A DNA stretch of 64,000 bases from Myxococcota bacterium (GTDB lineage: Bacteria > Myxococcota_A > UBA9160 > UBA6930): assembly GCA_965223705.1 (NCBI GenBank), contig OZ245015.1:4064001-4128000 (forward strand), in the 5' to 3' direction. The position numbers and the translations under genes were made by a program. Every line of letters starts with the position of its first letter. Positions within the stretch are counted from its first letter, which is position 1. Shown in pieces: positions 37,019 to 48,346 of the stretch. The notes under the pieces are model-generated. The model saw only the letters and a program-made list of their open reading frames with translations. It searched no databases and was not told the origin of the DNA.

Positions 37019-39672
37019 TGAGCCGCTCGCCAGCTCGAGCCGACGCCCACATCCACCGAGAGCGGGACGGAGAGCTCCGCCACGCCCTCCATGTGTTCCC
37101 GGACCCGCTCTTCGAGAGCCTCGCGATCGTTCTCGGACACTTCGAACACCAGCTCGTCGTGGACCTGCAAGATCAAGGCAGCTTCCAGCGGATCGTCCGC
37201 TACTGAGCGATGGATGGTCACCATCGCCTTCTTCATCAGATCGGCCGCGGTTCCCTGAATCACCGTGTTGACGGCCATTCTCTCGGCCGCGCTGCGGAGC
37301 GCGCGATTCTTCGAGCGCAGATCCGGCAAGTAGCGCCGCCGCCCGAGGAGCGTCGTCACATACCCCTCTTCTTTCGCGCGCTCGCGGGTCTCCTCGATGA
37401 AGTCGCGCACCCCGCCGTAGCGCGCGAAATACGCATCGATCGTCTCCTGAGCCTCGGCGCTGGCGATGTGCAACTGGTTCGCGAGCCCGAAGGCCGAGAG
37501 GCCGTAGATGATTCCGAAGTTCACGGCCTTCGCCCGAGCCCGCGCGTCGTCGTCGACGTCCTCGAGAGCGATGCCCGCGACCTCGGCGGCGGTGCGCCGA
37601 TGAATATCCTGGCCGGTTTGAAACGCGTCGATCAGACTCGGGTCCCCGGAGAAGTGCGCCAGGATCCGGAGCTCGACCTGGGAATAGTCGGCCGACATCA
37701 GGATCCGTCCCTCGGCGGGAACGAAAGCTTCCCGAATACGCACGCCGTCCTCAGTTCGAATCGGAATGTTCTGAACATTCGGGTGAGACGACGAGAGTCG
37801 CCCCGTCGCCGCGCCAGTCTGATGAAACGTGGGATGGATCCGTCCGGTTCGTTTGTCGACAAGAGGCGGCAGGGCGACGACGTACGTGCTGCGGAGCTTC
37901 GACAATCGGCGAAACGCCAGCACGTAGGAAGGAAGCTCATGGTGCGCCGCGAGCTGCTCGAGAACACCCTCATCGGTGGAGTAGCCGGTCTTCGTCTTCC
38001 GGATGACGGGCAACGCCAACTTCTCGAACAGGATGTGCTGGAGCTGTTTGGGTGACCCGACGGAGAACTCTTCGCCGGCGAGCTCGAAGATCCGCGCTTC
38101 GATCCGCGCGAGCTCGTCGTCGAACTCCTTCTCGAGCCGGCCGAGCACGCTTTCGTCGATGCGCACACCGCGGCGCTCCATCGCGGAGAGCACTTCGCAA
38201 AGAGGCATCTCGACTTCGCGAAAGAGCGAATCGAGCCCATCGCGCTCGAGAAGCGGCGCTTGGTGCGAGGCGAGTTCGAGAAGGGCCGCGGCTTGATTCG
38301 CGGCCCAGGCCGCTACGTCCGCACGATCGAGCTCGTGAGCGGGCGTCGCCTTCGCGCCTTTCCCGGCCACGTCCTCCCACGCGTCGATTCTTCGATCGAG
38401 AAATCGCGCGGCCTGTGCTTTCGGCGTTCGCGGGGCGGCCGGATCGAGGAGGAAACCGCCGAGCTCGACGTCGAACGCCGGTGCCGGAACGGAACAGCCG
38501 GCTTCGGCGAAGAGGGTCAGCAGCGTCTTGCTGTTCCAGGCCACCCACTCGGGAGCGCCGCGACCCGAGAAGACCTTCGACACCGTGCCCCAGAGGTCGT
38601 CCCGCGTGAGCTTCGAAGTTTCTTCGTTGACGTCGAAGTAGAACGCGACCCCCTCTTCTCCGACCACCGCGATGCCCACCGGATCTGCGGGTAGCCCCCC
38701 CGGGCTGTCGATGCCCGCGGCTACCAACGCGATGCGAGGTGACTTGCGAAGCGCCGTTGCCGCTTTCTTCGCGGCGCCGGACGTCGAAACCGTCGTGCAC
38801 GAAAGTTCGGAATTCGTCGTTTCGGAGGCGGGGGCACCGAACTCGTCGAGGAGACGCGTGAACTCGAGCCGCGTGAACAGAGCGCGCAGGGTGTCGGCGT
38901 CGGGTTCCTGACACACGAACTGCTTCTTGTCCCACGCGACAGGCACGTCCGTACGCAGCGTCGCCAGCTCCTTCGACAGACGCGCGGCGTCGGCCTGCTC
39001 TTCGAGTGCCGTGCGGGCCTTCTTGCCGCTTACCTCGCCCGCGTTTTCCAACAAGTTCTCGAGCGTGCCCCACTCCGTGATCAGCTTGGCGGCGCCCTTC
39101 TCGCCGATGCCCTTCACGCCGGGGATGTTGTCGCTCGGGTCTCCGACGAGAGCGCGCACGTCGAGGAGCTTGTCCGGTGGAACGCCGAAGCGTTCCTCGA
39201 CTTCGGTCGGTCCGACGCGCCGATCCTTCATGGTGTCGAGAAGAACGACCTTCCCCGAAACGAGCTGCATCAAATCTTTGTCCGTCGATACGACGAGGAG
39301 CTCGCCACCCTTCGGCGCCGTGGCAGCCAGGGTCGCGATGACGTCGTCCGCTTCGAACCCCTTCACCTCGAGGATCGGAATGCGAAGTGCCTCCGCGAGC
39401 TCGGGCAACACCGCGAATTGGGCCCGTAGATCTTCGGGCTGAGCTTCCCGGTTGGCTTTGTATTCGGGGTAGAGATCGTTGCGAAAACTCCCTCCCGAAG
39501 GATCCATCGCGATGACGATCCCGTCCGGCTCCTCTTCTCGGAGCACCTTGCGAACCATATTGGTGAAACCGAGAAGCGCGTTCGTCGGAAGGCCATCGCT
39601 GTTGCGCAGCGGCGGGATCGCGAAGAACGCCCGGTAGAAGCAGTTCGCGGCGTCGATGACGACGAGGCGCAT
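37015..39672 (-). CDS. polA: DNA polymerase I
   Basis: 5'-3' exonuclease (EADDVI, DNIPGVKGIG) and polymerase motifs DYSQVELR, KAVNFGIIYG, LQVHDEL. Confidence 0.97.
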   Translation of the reverse strand: MRLVVIDAANCFYRAFFAIPPLRNSDGLPTNALLGFTNMVRKVLREEEPDGIVIAMDPSGGSFRNDLYPEYKANREAQPEDLRAQFAVLPELAEALRIPILEVKGFEADDVIATLAATAPKGGELLVVSTDKDLMQLVSGKVVLLDTMKDRRVGPTEVEERFGVPPDKLLDVRALVGDPSDNIPGVKGIGEKGAAKLITEWGTLENLLENAGEVSGKKARTALEEQADAARLSKELATLRTDVPVAWDKKQFVCQEPDADTLRALFTRLEFTRLLDEFGAPASETTNSELSCTTVSTSGAAKKAATALRKSPRIALVAAGIDSPGGLPADPVGIAVVGEEGVAFYFDVNEETSKLTRDDLWGTVSKVFSGRGAPEWVAWNSKTLLTLFAEAGCSVPAPAFDVELGGFLLDPAAPRTPKAQAARFLDRRIDAWEDVAGKGAKATPAHELDRADVAAWAANQAAALLELASHQAPLLERDGLDSLFREVEMPLCEVLSAMERRGVRIDESVLGRLEKEFDDELARIEARIFELAGEEFSVGSPKQLQHILFEKLALPVIRKTKTGYSTDEGVLEQLAAHHELPSYVLAFRRLSKLRSTYVVALPPLVDKRTGRIHPTFHQTGAATGRLSSSHPNVQNIPIRTEDGVRIREAFVPAEGRILMSADYSQVELRILAHFSGDPSLIDAFQTGQDIHRRTAAEVAGIALEDVDDDARARAKAVNFGIIYGLSAFGLANQLHIASAEAQETIDAYFARYGGVRDFIEETRERAKEEGYVTTLLGRRRYLPDLRSKNRALRSAAERMAVNTVIQGTAADLMKKAMVTIHRSVADDPLEAALILQVHDELVFEVSENDREALEERVREHMEGVAELSVPLSVDVGVGSSWRAAH

Positions 39673-40317
39673 TCAGTCGGTCCGGCGCAGTCCGCGGAGG
39701 AAGAGCTCGACCATCGCCTCGAAGCTGTCGTCGAGGGAGTTTCGACGGAGCTCGCGGCGAGCGGGCACTTCCTCACTGCGAATCAAGGCGTTGGCCGAGC
39801 TCCACAAGAGGTTGGCCAGCAGCCACGGATCGCAATCCGCGAACTCTCCGCTCTCGACGCCCGCTTCGATCGCGCTGCACAACTCCTGCAAACAGCTCCG
39901 CCACAACCGCGTGACTTCGTCGACGACGGCGCGCGGCAACTCGCCGATGATCGGCTGGTTTTCAACCGCCCAAAAGATCTGGAAGTACTCGGGGTTCTTG
40001 TGCCAGTGCTCGCGATAGAACTGCGCCAGCGAGCGGATTCGCGCTCGCGCGTCGTCTTGTCCCGCCAACGCCTCCCGCAAGCGGGCGAGAAACGCTTCGC
40101 CGTTTTCCGAGAGCACCGCCACGTAGAGCTCGGCCTTGTTCTCGAAGTAGCGGTACAGGGTGCCCTTCGCGAGCCCGGCGCCGGTCGCCACGTCGTCGAG
40201 GTTCGCGTCCATAAAACCGTCCCGGAAGAACACCTCGCGCGCGGCGTCGAGGATCTTCTGGCGCGATGCCGCCTTTCTCCCGGCGCGGGGCGTCGCCCCC
40301 GCTGCATGGGACGTCAT
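39673..40317 (-). CDS. TetR/AcrR-family regulator
   Basis: ILDAAREVF...VATGAGLAKGTLYRYFENKAEL. Confidence 0.92.
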   Translation of the reverse strand: MTSHAAGATPRAGRKAASRQKILDAAREVFFRDGFMDANLDDVATGAGLAKGTLYRYFENKAELYVAVLSENGEAFLARLREALAGQDDARARIRSLAQFYREHWHKNPEYFQIFWAVENQPIIGELPRAVVDEVTRLWRSCLQELCSAIEAGVESGEFADCDPWLLANLLWSSANALIRSEEVPARRELRRNSLDDSFEAMVELFLRGLRRTD

Positions 40318-40324
40318 GATGGCC

Positions 40325-41281
<957 letters not shown>

Positions 41282-41332
41282 GGGGTCCTCACTTGGTGGC
41301 CCCGGGAGGTTACCTCGGCGCCTCCTCCGGTG

Positions 41333-42334
41333 TCACCCGGACGCCCCGATGCGAAGATCGCGATCGCCGAAGAGTTCTTCGACGAGAACCGTGGCGTAGC
41401 TCCCGGGCGGCAGCCGAAATCGGAGAAGCCAGCGGCACGGTGCTTCGACCCGGACCTCGACGGCGCCGGGATCGACGCGCAGCGGGCGCCGCGCGCCGGG
41501 AAGCCGCACTCCGCGAGGTGGCCGGATCGCAGCCGGCGCAGCAAAGCCTTCCGACGCGAGGACGGCGCGCTCGCGCTCACCCGGCGCGCCGGACGCGAGC
41601 GGCGCGCGCGTGCCGAAGAGTGGACCGCTGGGACTCACGGCGAGTTCCGCGAGGAGCGACTCGAACGCGGCGGGGTCGTCGATCCGCCGTGTTCTGCCGT
41701 CGCGGTGGTCGTACGCGATGTCGCCCATTTCGAGCCGATCGATTGCCGGCCTCTCCGCGAGTACCCGATTGAACAGCAGCGACTGCCACGCCGAAAGGTA
41801 GAAGCGGTCGTCCCGATGGCCGCGTCGCCGGCGCTCGCCGCGAAGGAGCTCTCGCCCTCGCGACGCGTTGCGACCGTCCCCGCCGAAGCGTTGACCTCCG
41901 AAACGGTTCGGCATCCCCGATCGGCGCAGCTCGCGCGCGCGCGCCCGAACGCGCTCAAGCCGGTCGGTGGATGGGCCGTACACGACGAGTTCGAAGTCGT
42001 TGGCGCAGAGCTGGCCGGTCCTCAGTTTTTCGCGACCGCGCACAGCCCGCAGCACGCGCGCGCTCGTCAGCTCGAACGACGCCGCTGCGTCGGGGTCGAG
42101 ACCCGGAACGGAGAACCACTGGCGCGCCACCGCGTGGCGGTCCTTGCGACCGGCGTAGCCGATCGCACGGGACTCGACACCTGCGTGTTCCGCCAACGCG
42201 AGGGCCACCGCTTCGGTGGTGACGCCGGTTTTCTCGACCCAAACATACGTGTGCTCGCCCGCGCCCTCGGGCTCTCGTAGCGCGACTTCGTCGACGCGGA
42301 AGTCTTCGGGGCGCCTCGCGAGTTCGAGTGTCAC
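41333..42334 (-). CDS. truD: tRNA pseudouridine(13) synthase
   Basis: EDFRVDE, YAGRKDRHA, PNRFGGQRFG, LPPGSYAT. Confidence 0.93.
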   Translation of the reverse strand: MTLELARRPEDFRVDEVALREPEGAGEHTYVWVEKTGVTTEAVALALAEHAGVESRAIGYAGRKDRHAVARQWFSVPGLDPDAAASFELTSARVLRAVRGREKLRTGQLCANDFELVVYGPSTDRLERVRARARELRRSGMPNRFGGQRFGGDGRNASRGRELLRGERRRRGHRDDRFYLSAWQSLLFNRVLAERPAIDRLEMGDIAYDHRDGRTRRIDDPAAFESLLAELAVSPSGPLFGTRAPLASGAPGERERAVLASEGFAAPAAIRPPRGVRLPGARRPLRVDPGAVEVRVEAPCRWLLRFRLPPGSYATVLVEELFGDRDLRIGASG

Positions 42335-43116
42335 GGCGCTGCGGCGCGAGCGACCGGTGCGAAAGAACGTCGATGAACGGCGGAGGGACCCCGCTTCGCG
42401 AGCGCCGCCAAGTGATCCGGAGTCGGATAGCCCTTGTGCCGGGCGAAGCCGTAGCCGGGGAAGCGGCGATCGAGCTCCGCCATTTCCGCATCGCGTGCCA
42501 CCTTCGCCACGATGGAAGCGGCGGCGATACTCACTTCGCGCGCATCACCCCGCACGAGAGACGTCTGAGGAATCCGAATGCCGGGGATTCGCCGCGCATC
42601 GACCAGCACATGCTCAGCGCGCGGGAGAAGCGATTCGACCGCGCGGCGCATGGCCAGCAGTCCGGCGTGGTAGATGTTGAGCCGATCGATCTCGGTCGGC
42701 TCCGCGCGACCGATCGCCCAGGCCGTCGCTTCCCCGCGGATTGCCGCGGCCAACTGCTCTCGCGTGTCGGCTGTGAGCTTTTTCGAGTCGTCGAGTTCCG
42801 GCAGGTCTTCGCCATCCGGAAGAATCACCGCGGCTGCGATCACCGGCCCCGCGAGCGGGCCCATGCCCGCTTCATCGACGCCTGCGATGTGAAGAACGCC
42901 GCGTCGACGCAGGGCTCGGCGAATCCGGCGCAACTCCTTTTGCCGTTCCGCCGCGCCCCGAATTCTCTCGAGCCGGCGTCGCGCCTGATCGGCCAGAGCG
43001 GTCGCGCCAGCGCGCGGATCGTCGCGAAGCCGAGCGATCCACGAAGTGAGCGAGCGCTCGTCGTGTGCGTCGCCGAGTTCCTTTCGCAGCACGGAGAGCG
43101 AGAGACGATCCGTCAC
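42331..43116 (-). CDS. rnhB: Ribonuclease HII
   Basis: GVDEAG.GPLAGPV, DSKKL, AAASIVAKV, HKGY, HRRSF. GTG 43116 overlaps the lpxD stop. Confidence 0.94.
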   Translation of the reverse strand: MTDRLSLSVLRKELGDAHDERSLTSWIARLRDDPRAGATALADQARRRLERIRGAAERQKELRRIRRALRRRGVLHIAGVDEAGMGPLAGPVIAAAVILPDGEDLPELDDSKKLTADTREQLAAAIRGEATAWAIGRAEPTEIDRLNIYHAGLLAMRRAVESLLPRAEHVLVDARRIPGIRIPQTSLVRGDAREVSIAAASIVAKVARDAEMAELDRRFPGYGFARHKGYPTPDHLAALAKRGPSAVHRRSFAPVARAAAP

Positions 43117-44153
43117 GAATCCGCGTCTTCGCGGCCGGCGCGTCGCTCGAGTGCGCGCAGGCGTTTGAAGAGCTCGGGCAACCGTTCCGTCAGCTTCACA
43201 CTCCGGTGCCACTTGCTGCCGTCCATGGCGGGGGCCCCGAACATTCTCGCGCCGGCGGGCACGTCTTCCCGCACGCCGGCGCGACCGCCGATCACCGCGC
43301 GGTCACCGACGCTCAAGTGCCCGAGCACACCGGCCTGAGCCATGATGGCGACTCCGCGACCGGTCCGCGCGCCACCGGCGAGTCCGGCTTGTGAGATCAC
43401 GACGGTGTCGTCGCCGAGCTCGCAGTTGTGCGCGATCTGGACGAGGTTGTCGATCTTGCAACGATGTCCGATGCGCGTGGTTCCCAAACGCGCGCGGTCG
43501 ACGGTGGTATTCGCACCGATCTCCACGTCGTCACCGACCCACACCCCGCCGACTTGCGGCACTTTTTCGAGAAGCCCGCGTTCGTCGAACTCGTATCCGA
43601 AGCCGTCTCCCCCGAGCACCGAACCCGGATGAACGGTGACCCGATCTCCGAGGACGACGCCGTCTCGGACGACCACGCCGGCGTGGAGCTCGCAATCTTC
43701 GCCGATTCGCGCGCCGTCGTAGAGCGTGACGTTCGCGTGTAGCACGCTGCGCGCGCCGATCTCACAACCGGCGCCGACGACGCTTCCCGCCCCGACAGCG
43801 ACGTCTTTCCCCAACGCAGCGGTCGCGTCGACCGTGGCGGACCCGTGGATTCCCGAAGGTCGCGGAGGTGCGGGCGCGAGCATGCGCGCAGCACGGGAGA
43901 AATCGAGGCTCGGGTTCGGGGAGATGATTTCCGCAACGACGCCGAGGGTCACGCCCTCGGGAACGATCACGACGCAATCCGTAGGGGAGCCGGCTTCTTC
44001 CCAGTGTTTGCGTGTCCTGGCAAAGCACAAGTCCGACGGCCCGGCCGTGCGGAGCTCCGAGACACCGCGGATAGCGACGTCCCCGTCACCGCGGCATTCG
44101 CGATTTCCGAGACGAACGGCTAAGTCGGCCGCGCGAGTCGCCGTGGACACCAC
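43113..44153 (-). CDS. lpxD: UDP-3-O-acylglucosamine N-acyltransferase
   Basis: Hexapeptide repeats, GGDGFGY, KVPQVG, IGANTTVDR, KIDNLVQIAHN. Confidence 0.94.
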   Translation of the reverse strand: MVSTATRAADLAVRLGNRECRGDGDVAIRGVSELRTAGPSDLCFARTRKHWEEAGSPTDCVVIVPEGVTLGVVAEIISPNPSLDFSRAARMLAPAPPRPSGIHGSATVDATAALGKDVAVGAGSVVGAGCEIGARSVLHANVTLYDGARIGEDCELHAGVVVRDGVVLGDRVTVHPGSVLGGDGFGYEFDERGLLEKVPQVGGVWVGDDVEIGANTTVDRARLGTTRIGHRCKIDNLVQIAHNCELGDDTVVISQAGLAGGARTGRGVAIMAQAGVLGHLSVGDRAVIGGRAGVREDVPAGARMFGAPAMDGSKWHRSVKLTERLPELFKRLRALERRAGREDADS

Positions 44154-44974
44154 TAGCGGGCGAGCAGGACCGCAACGGGGGAGGTGCGCACAATCGATGC
44201 GGCGTTGCTCCCGATGAAGTACTCGCTGATCCGGTTGCGGCCGAACGCGCCAATCGCGATGAGCCCGGCGCCGGAAGAGCGCGCCGTGTCGACGATCTTG
44301 ACGTCGGGGCGACCGAGCGTCGACGACGCTTCCCGCACCTGCACATCGCTCGTCGACAACAGGCGACGCATCTCATCAAAACGGGCGGCGGCGCGACCCT
44401 TGTCTTTGGAATCGACGAAGACGTGGAGCACCTGGCCGAGCTTGCGGGCGAGATCGATTGCGATCTTCGCCGCGACGCGCGATCCGGGAGAACCGTCGAA
44501 CCCGAGCACGACACCGCCGCCAAACTCGGCACCGCGCGGGACGATGATGGACGGCTTCGTGGTTTTTCGAAGCACGCCGTCGACCGTGCTGCCGATGAGA
44601 CCCGAGCGCGACGACGCGCTCAGCCCATCGCGCCCGAGCACGATCAAATCCACGCCCTGGGCACGCTCCGCGATGCGGTCGTCCGCTACGCCGCGCAGCG
44701 TGTCCGTCGTGCAATCGACCCGCATCGATCGCGCGAGATCGGCCAGCCGGCGACACGCCGCTTCGGCCCGCGCTTTGAGAAACGCCTCAATGGGCTCGAG
44801 GGCCGGCTGCGCGACCCCGAGCGCATCCGCTCGAAGTGTCTGCGTCCAGCGCTCTTCGATCACTGTCACACCGACGACGCGCGCCTGGAGCTTGGCAGCC
44901 ATCGCAATGCCGTAGCGTTCCGCGGCCTGCGCCGCTTCGGAGCCGTCGGTCGCAATGAGGATCGATTCGGTCAT
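44153..44974 (-). CDS. Tandem universal stress protein
   Basis: ILIATDGS...IGSTVDGVL and a second domain GFDGS...IGSNAA. Confidence 0.9.
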   Translation of the reverse strand: MTESILIATDGSEAAQAAERYGIAMAAKLQARVVGVTVIEERWTQTLRADALGVAQPALEPIEAFLKARAEAACRRLADLARSMRVDCTTDTLRGVADDRIAERAQGVDLIVLGRDGLSASSRSGLIGSTVDGVLRKTTKPSIIVPRGAEFGGGVVLGFDGSPGSRVAAKIAIDLARKLGQVLHVFVDSKDKGRAAARFDEMRRLLSTSDVQVREASSTLGRPDVKIVDTARSSGAGLIAIGAFGRNRISEYFIGSNAASIVRTSPVAVLLAR

Positions 44975-45029
44975 ACGAGTCTCCGCGGGCCGGAACGCAT
45001 CGAACGCCCCCTCCGCTCTGTGCAGCCAC

Positions 45030-46562
45030 TCACGAGAAGAGCCTGCCTATCGGTGTGCCCCAGATCGCGCGGGCTATGCGCTTCAGGGTCTCGCGCTTGC
45101 GCGCCGTGTACGGGAACCACAGGTATTCGCGCTTCAGGCCGAAGCGGTCGATCGCAATCGCTTGGGGATGCGCGAACGCGCGCCAGCCCGCTTCGCCCGA
45201 GACCACGCCCACGCCACTGTTTCGACGCCCGCCGAAGGGCGCTTCGGGCATCGCGACGTTGATGAAACAATCGTTGACGACGGCTGAGCCGCTCTGGAGA
45301 CGCTTCGCGAGCTCGATTCCCTTGCGCTTGTCGCGTGTCCAGACGCTTCCGGAAAGCCCGAGCTCCGAATCGTTGGCGAGACGGACGGCCTCGTCTTCGT
45401 CGCGTACACGCATGATCGGAAGGACCGGCCCGAAGGTTTCTTCGCGCATAACGTCCATTCCGTGGTGGACGTCCCCGAGCACGGTGGGCTCGTAGAACTG
45501 CGGCCCGCAGCTGGGATTCTTCCTCCCGCCGGCGAGGACCCTCGCACCCTTCGCCACCGCGTCTTCCACGTGTCGCTCGACGACGGCGAGTTGGCTCGGG
45601 AGCGTCATCGGACCGACGTCGACTTCTCCGGTTTCGCCCTGACGCAGTTCCGCGACGCGCTCGAGGACCTTGCGCGAAAACGCGTCCGCGACCTCATCCA
45701 CCACGTAGACACGCTCGCTCGAAAGACACACTTGCCCGGCGTTCGCGAAGGCGCTGTAGACCGCTCCCGAGGCCGCGCGATCGAGATCCGCGTCGGCGCA
45801 GACAATCATGGGATCGTTGCCGCCGAGTTCGAGGATAAAGGGGCGTAGCCGCTGGCCGCAGGCGTGAGCGACGCGTCGCCCCGTCGCGGCGCTGCCGGTG
45901 AAGCAGACGAGATCGAGGTCCGCCTCGACGAGCGCGGCGCCTGTCTCGCCGTCTCCCGTCACGCACTGCAACAACCCCTCCGGAAGATCGGCGGCCTGGA
46001 ACAACTCCGACACGAGCAGGCCCGACTGCGTCGTCCATTCCGAGGGTTTCAGGACGACGGCGTTGCCCGCGACGAGCGCCTGGACGGTCGCTGCGAGGCT
46101 CAGGTAGAAGGGGAAATTCCAAGGACTGATGACGCCGACGACGCCGCGCGGTCGGTAAGACACAAGCAGGCGCTTGGTCTTCAGCAGGTGCGGTGCGATT
46201 TTCTCGTCGGCGAGAATCCGCGGCGCTCGTTTCGCTCCGAAGCGGAGCAGGTCGAGCGACGGGACGACTTCCATCGCGAGCGCCTCAACTAGGGGTTTTC
46301 CCGTCTCGCGATGGACGACCTCGGCGAATTCCTCTTGAAGATCCAGCAGCAAACGATTTGCACGGGCGAGCACACGCGCGCGATTTTCGACGGGCAGCGC
46401 TCCCCACGCGGTCTGCGCCGCCCGCGCCCGTTCAACACAAGCCGCGACGCGGGTCGCGTCGTGGACTTCGACGTCGGCGAGCGCGTCTCCGGTTACGGGA
46501 TTCGTCGGACGCACGATGCGCGCCGCGTTAGGTCTGAACTCGATGGGTTCGAGATGTGCCAC
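45030..46562 (-). CDS. Aldehyde dehydrogenase
   Basis: SPWNFP, KPSE, FTGS, ELGG, NAGQVC, EETFGP. Confidence 0.94.
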   Translation of the reverse strand: MAHLEPIEFRPNAARIVRPTNPVTGDALADVEVHDATRVAACVERARAAQTAWGALPVENRARVLARANRLLLDLQEEFAEVVHRETGKPLVEALAMEVVPSLDLLRFGAKRAPRILADEKIAPHLLKTKRLLVSYRPRGVVGVISPWNFPFYLSLAATVQALVAGNAVVLKPSEWTTQSGLLVSELFQAADLPEGLLQCVTGDGETGAALVEADLDLVCFTGSAATGRRVAHACGQRLRPFILELGGNDPMIVCADADLDRAASGAVYSAFANAGQVCLSSERVYVVDEVADAFSRKVLERVAELRQGETGEVDVGPMTLPSQLAVVERHVEDAVAKGARVLAGGRKNPSCGPQFYEPTVLGDVHHGMDVMREETFGPVLPIMRVRDEDEAVRLANDSELGLSGSVWTRDKRKGIELAKRLQSGSAVVNDCFINVAMPEAPFGGRRNSGVGVVSGEAGWRAFAHPQAIAIDRFGLKREYLWFPYTARKRETLKRIARAIWGTPIGRLFS

Positions 46563-46654
46563 GCGGTTGGACTCCCCTCAGGAATGGAGAGTAAGAGAGC
46601 CCCGCGGGAAATGTCAATCGCGAGAACCGGAAAGTTGGGCTCGGGGGCCGGCGG

Positions 46655-47089
46655 CTAGGGCCGGGGCTCGAGGCCGGCCACGAACCGCAGGAGATCGGTC
46701 TCGGTCAGCATGCCCTCGAGCTGCTCTCCCTTGACGACCGGGAGGCAGCCGATTTTGCGCTCGGCCATGGTCTTCGCGGCCTGATCCACCGTCGCTTCCG
46801 GCGACACGACGATCGGCGGCGAGGACATCACCGCCTCGATCGACACGATGTGGAGGAACGCCCGCCTCTCTTCGGTGCGGTGGCTCGAGAGGTTGGACAG
46901 CGAGGCCCGCAGGAGATCCCGCTCGGATACGACCCCGACCAGCCGGCCGCCGTGGACCACCGGCATGTGGCGGAGGTGGCCCAAGGTCATGATGTCGTCG
47001 ACAGTGGACAAGCGCTCGCCGGCGGAAATGGTAACCACCGATCGATGGCAGATCTCGGAGACCAGGGTGTCCTCGGGGCGTTTCCTCAC
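46655..47089 (-). CDS. CBS-pair protein
   Basis: LRHMPVV..GVVSERDL and IGCLPVV..GMLTETDL. Confidence 0.9.
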   Translation of the reverse strand: MRKRPEDTLVSEICHRSVVTISAGERLSTVDDIMTLGHLRHMPVVHGGRLVGVVSERDLLRASLSNLSSHRTEERRAFLHIVSIEAVMSSPPIVVSPEATVDQAAKTMAERKIGCLPVVKGEQLEGMLTETDLLRFVAGLEPRP

Positions 47090-47165
47090 AGTTCATCTAT
47101 GCCTGGCGGGCGGGCTTTCGACAAGAATAAAGATACGACGCAGCGAAGCACGCTAGGTTCCCGCC

Positions 47166-48137
47166 ATGCTTCTCGGGATCGCGCTCACGGGTCAGGCGGG
47201 GGCGTCCGACTGGCGACGAGCCCTCCGGACGGTCGAGGTGGCCGAACGCCTCTCCTACCACTCCGTCTGGCTCCCCGAGGGCCACTTTCGCGAAGGCGCC
47301 ACATCCTCTCCGTTGGCCGGCCTGGCGGCCTTCTCCGCGCGCACCGAGCGCATCCGTCTGGCGACGACTTCGATCCTCTTGCCGATCCACCACCCCCTTC
47401 GGGTCGCCGCGGAAGTGGCGACCCTCGACACGCTTTCCGGTGGACGCGTGATCTTGGGCTTAGGGCGTGGCTTTCAGACCCCGATCTTTGAGGGGTTCGG
47501 GGTCGCTCAGAAGAGTAAACGCGATCGGTTCGACGAGGCGCTCGACGCGATCTTGGCCAGTTGGTCCGGAGAACCGTTCCAACTCGACGGAACCTTCTAC
47601 GCGAGTCTCGAAGGCAAGCCCGTCCGGGTGGCGCTTCGCCCGCTGCAGCGGCCGCATCCGCCGCTGGTCGTCGCGGCCTTTGGGCCCAAAGGGCTCCGGC
47701 AGGCCGCGTCGCGTTGCCTCCCTTACTTGGCCTCCCCTCTCGAGACCCTTCCGGTGTTGGAAGAGAATTTCCACGTGTGGCAAGACCATCTGCCTGGACC
47801 GCTGCCCGAAGGAAGTCTGCGGGCGCCGGTGATGCGGACGATTTTCGTGTCGAAGGACGCCGACCGCTGTCGCCGGGTCCGAGAAGCGCTCGAAAAGGAC
47901 GCTCTGCGCCCGAAGGCGAAGGCACCGGCCGCTCTCGCGCGCGCTGCCGAAGGGGATATGGACGAGCGCACCATCGTCGGTGACGTGCGCCAGACCGCCG
48001 ACGCGATCGCCCTCTACCGAGAGCGGTTGGGAATGGATCTCTTGGTCGTGCGGGCCCATCCGCCGACGGCGAGTCAGGAGGAATGCGAAGAATCGCTCGC
48101 TCTACTCGCCGAGGAAGTCATCCCCGCTTCGCTCTAG
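47166..48137 (+). CDS. LLM-class flavin-dependent oxidoreductase
   Basis: WLPEGHF, HPLRVAAEVATLD.LSGGR, PLQRPHPP. Confidence 0.9.
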   Translation: MLLGIALTGQAGASDWRRALRTVEVAERLSYHSVWLPEGHFREGATSSPLAGLAAFSARTERIRLATTSILLPIHHPLRVAAEVATLDTLSGGRVILGLGRGFQTPIFEGFGVAQKSKRDRFDEALDAILASWSGEPFQLDGTFYASLEGKPVRVALRPLQRPHPPLVVAAFGPKGLRQAASRCLPYLASPLETLPVLEENFHVWQDHLPGPLPEGSLRAPVMRTIFVSKDADRCRRVREALEKDALRPKAKAPAALARAAEGDMDERTIVGDVRQTADAIALYRERLGMDLLVVRAHPPTASQEECEESLALLAEEVIPASL

Positions 48138-48322
48138 ACGACTCCGGGATCGGACAACCGCGTGAAAGTCAGAAACGCCATGGCGGGTCGCTTCGAGGAA
48201 TCGCGCATGGCGAACTGCATGCTGTCGAACTTCCAACCGTCCGTGGTCCACTCGTTGAGCGTTCGCTCGATCTCTTCGTCCGTGACGTGGGTCAGCTCGA
48301 CGACCTTGTACAGGGTTTCCAA
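48134..48322 (-). CDS. Small DUF4177-like protein (62 aa)
   Basis: YKVVE...LNEWTTDGWKF pattern; GGGAGG RBS; follows hemD. Confidence 0.7.
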   Translation of the reverse strand: METLYKVVELTHVTDEEIERTLNEWTTDGWKFDSMQFAMRDSSKRPAMAFLTFTRLSDPGVV

Positions 48323-48346
48323 CAGGCGCCCTCCCGCGGCGACGTG

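Noticed and set aside
37015..39672. Degenerate 3'-5' exonuclease domain of PolA
   Set aside because: Common in many bacterial Pol I enzymes; not novel.
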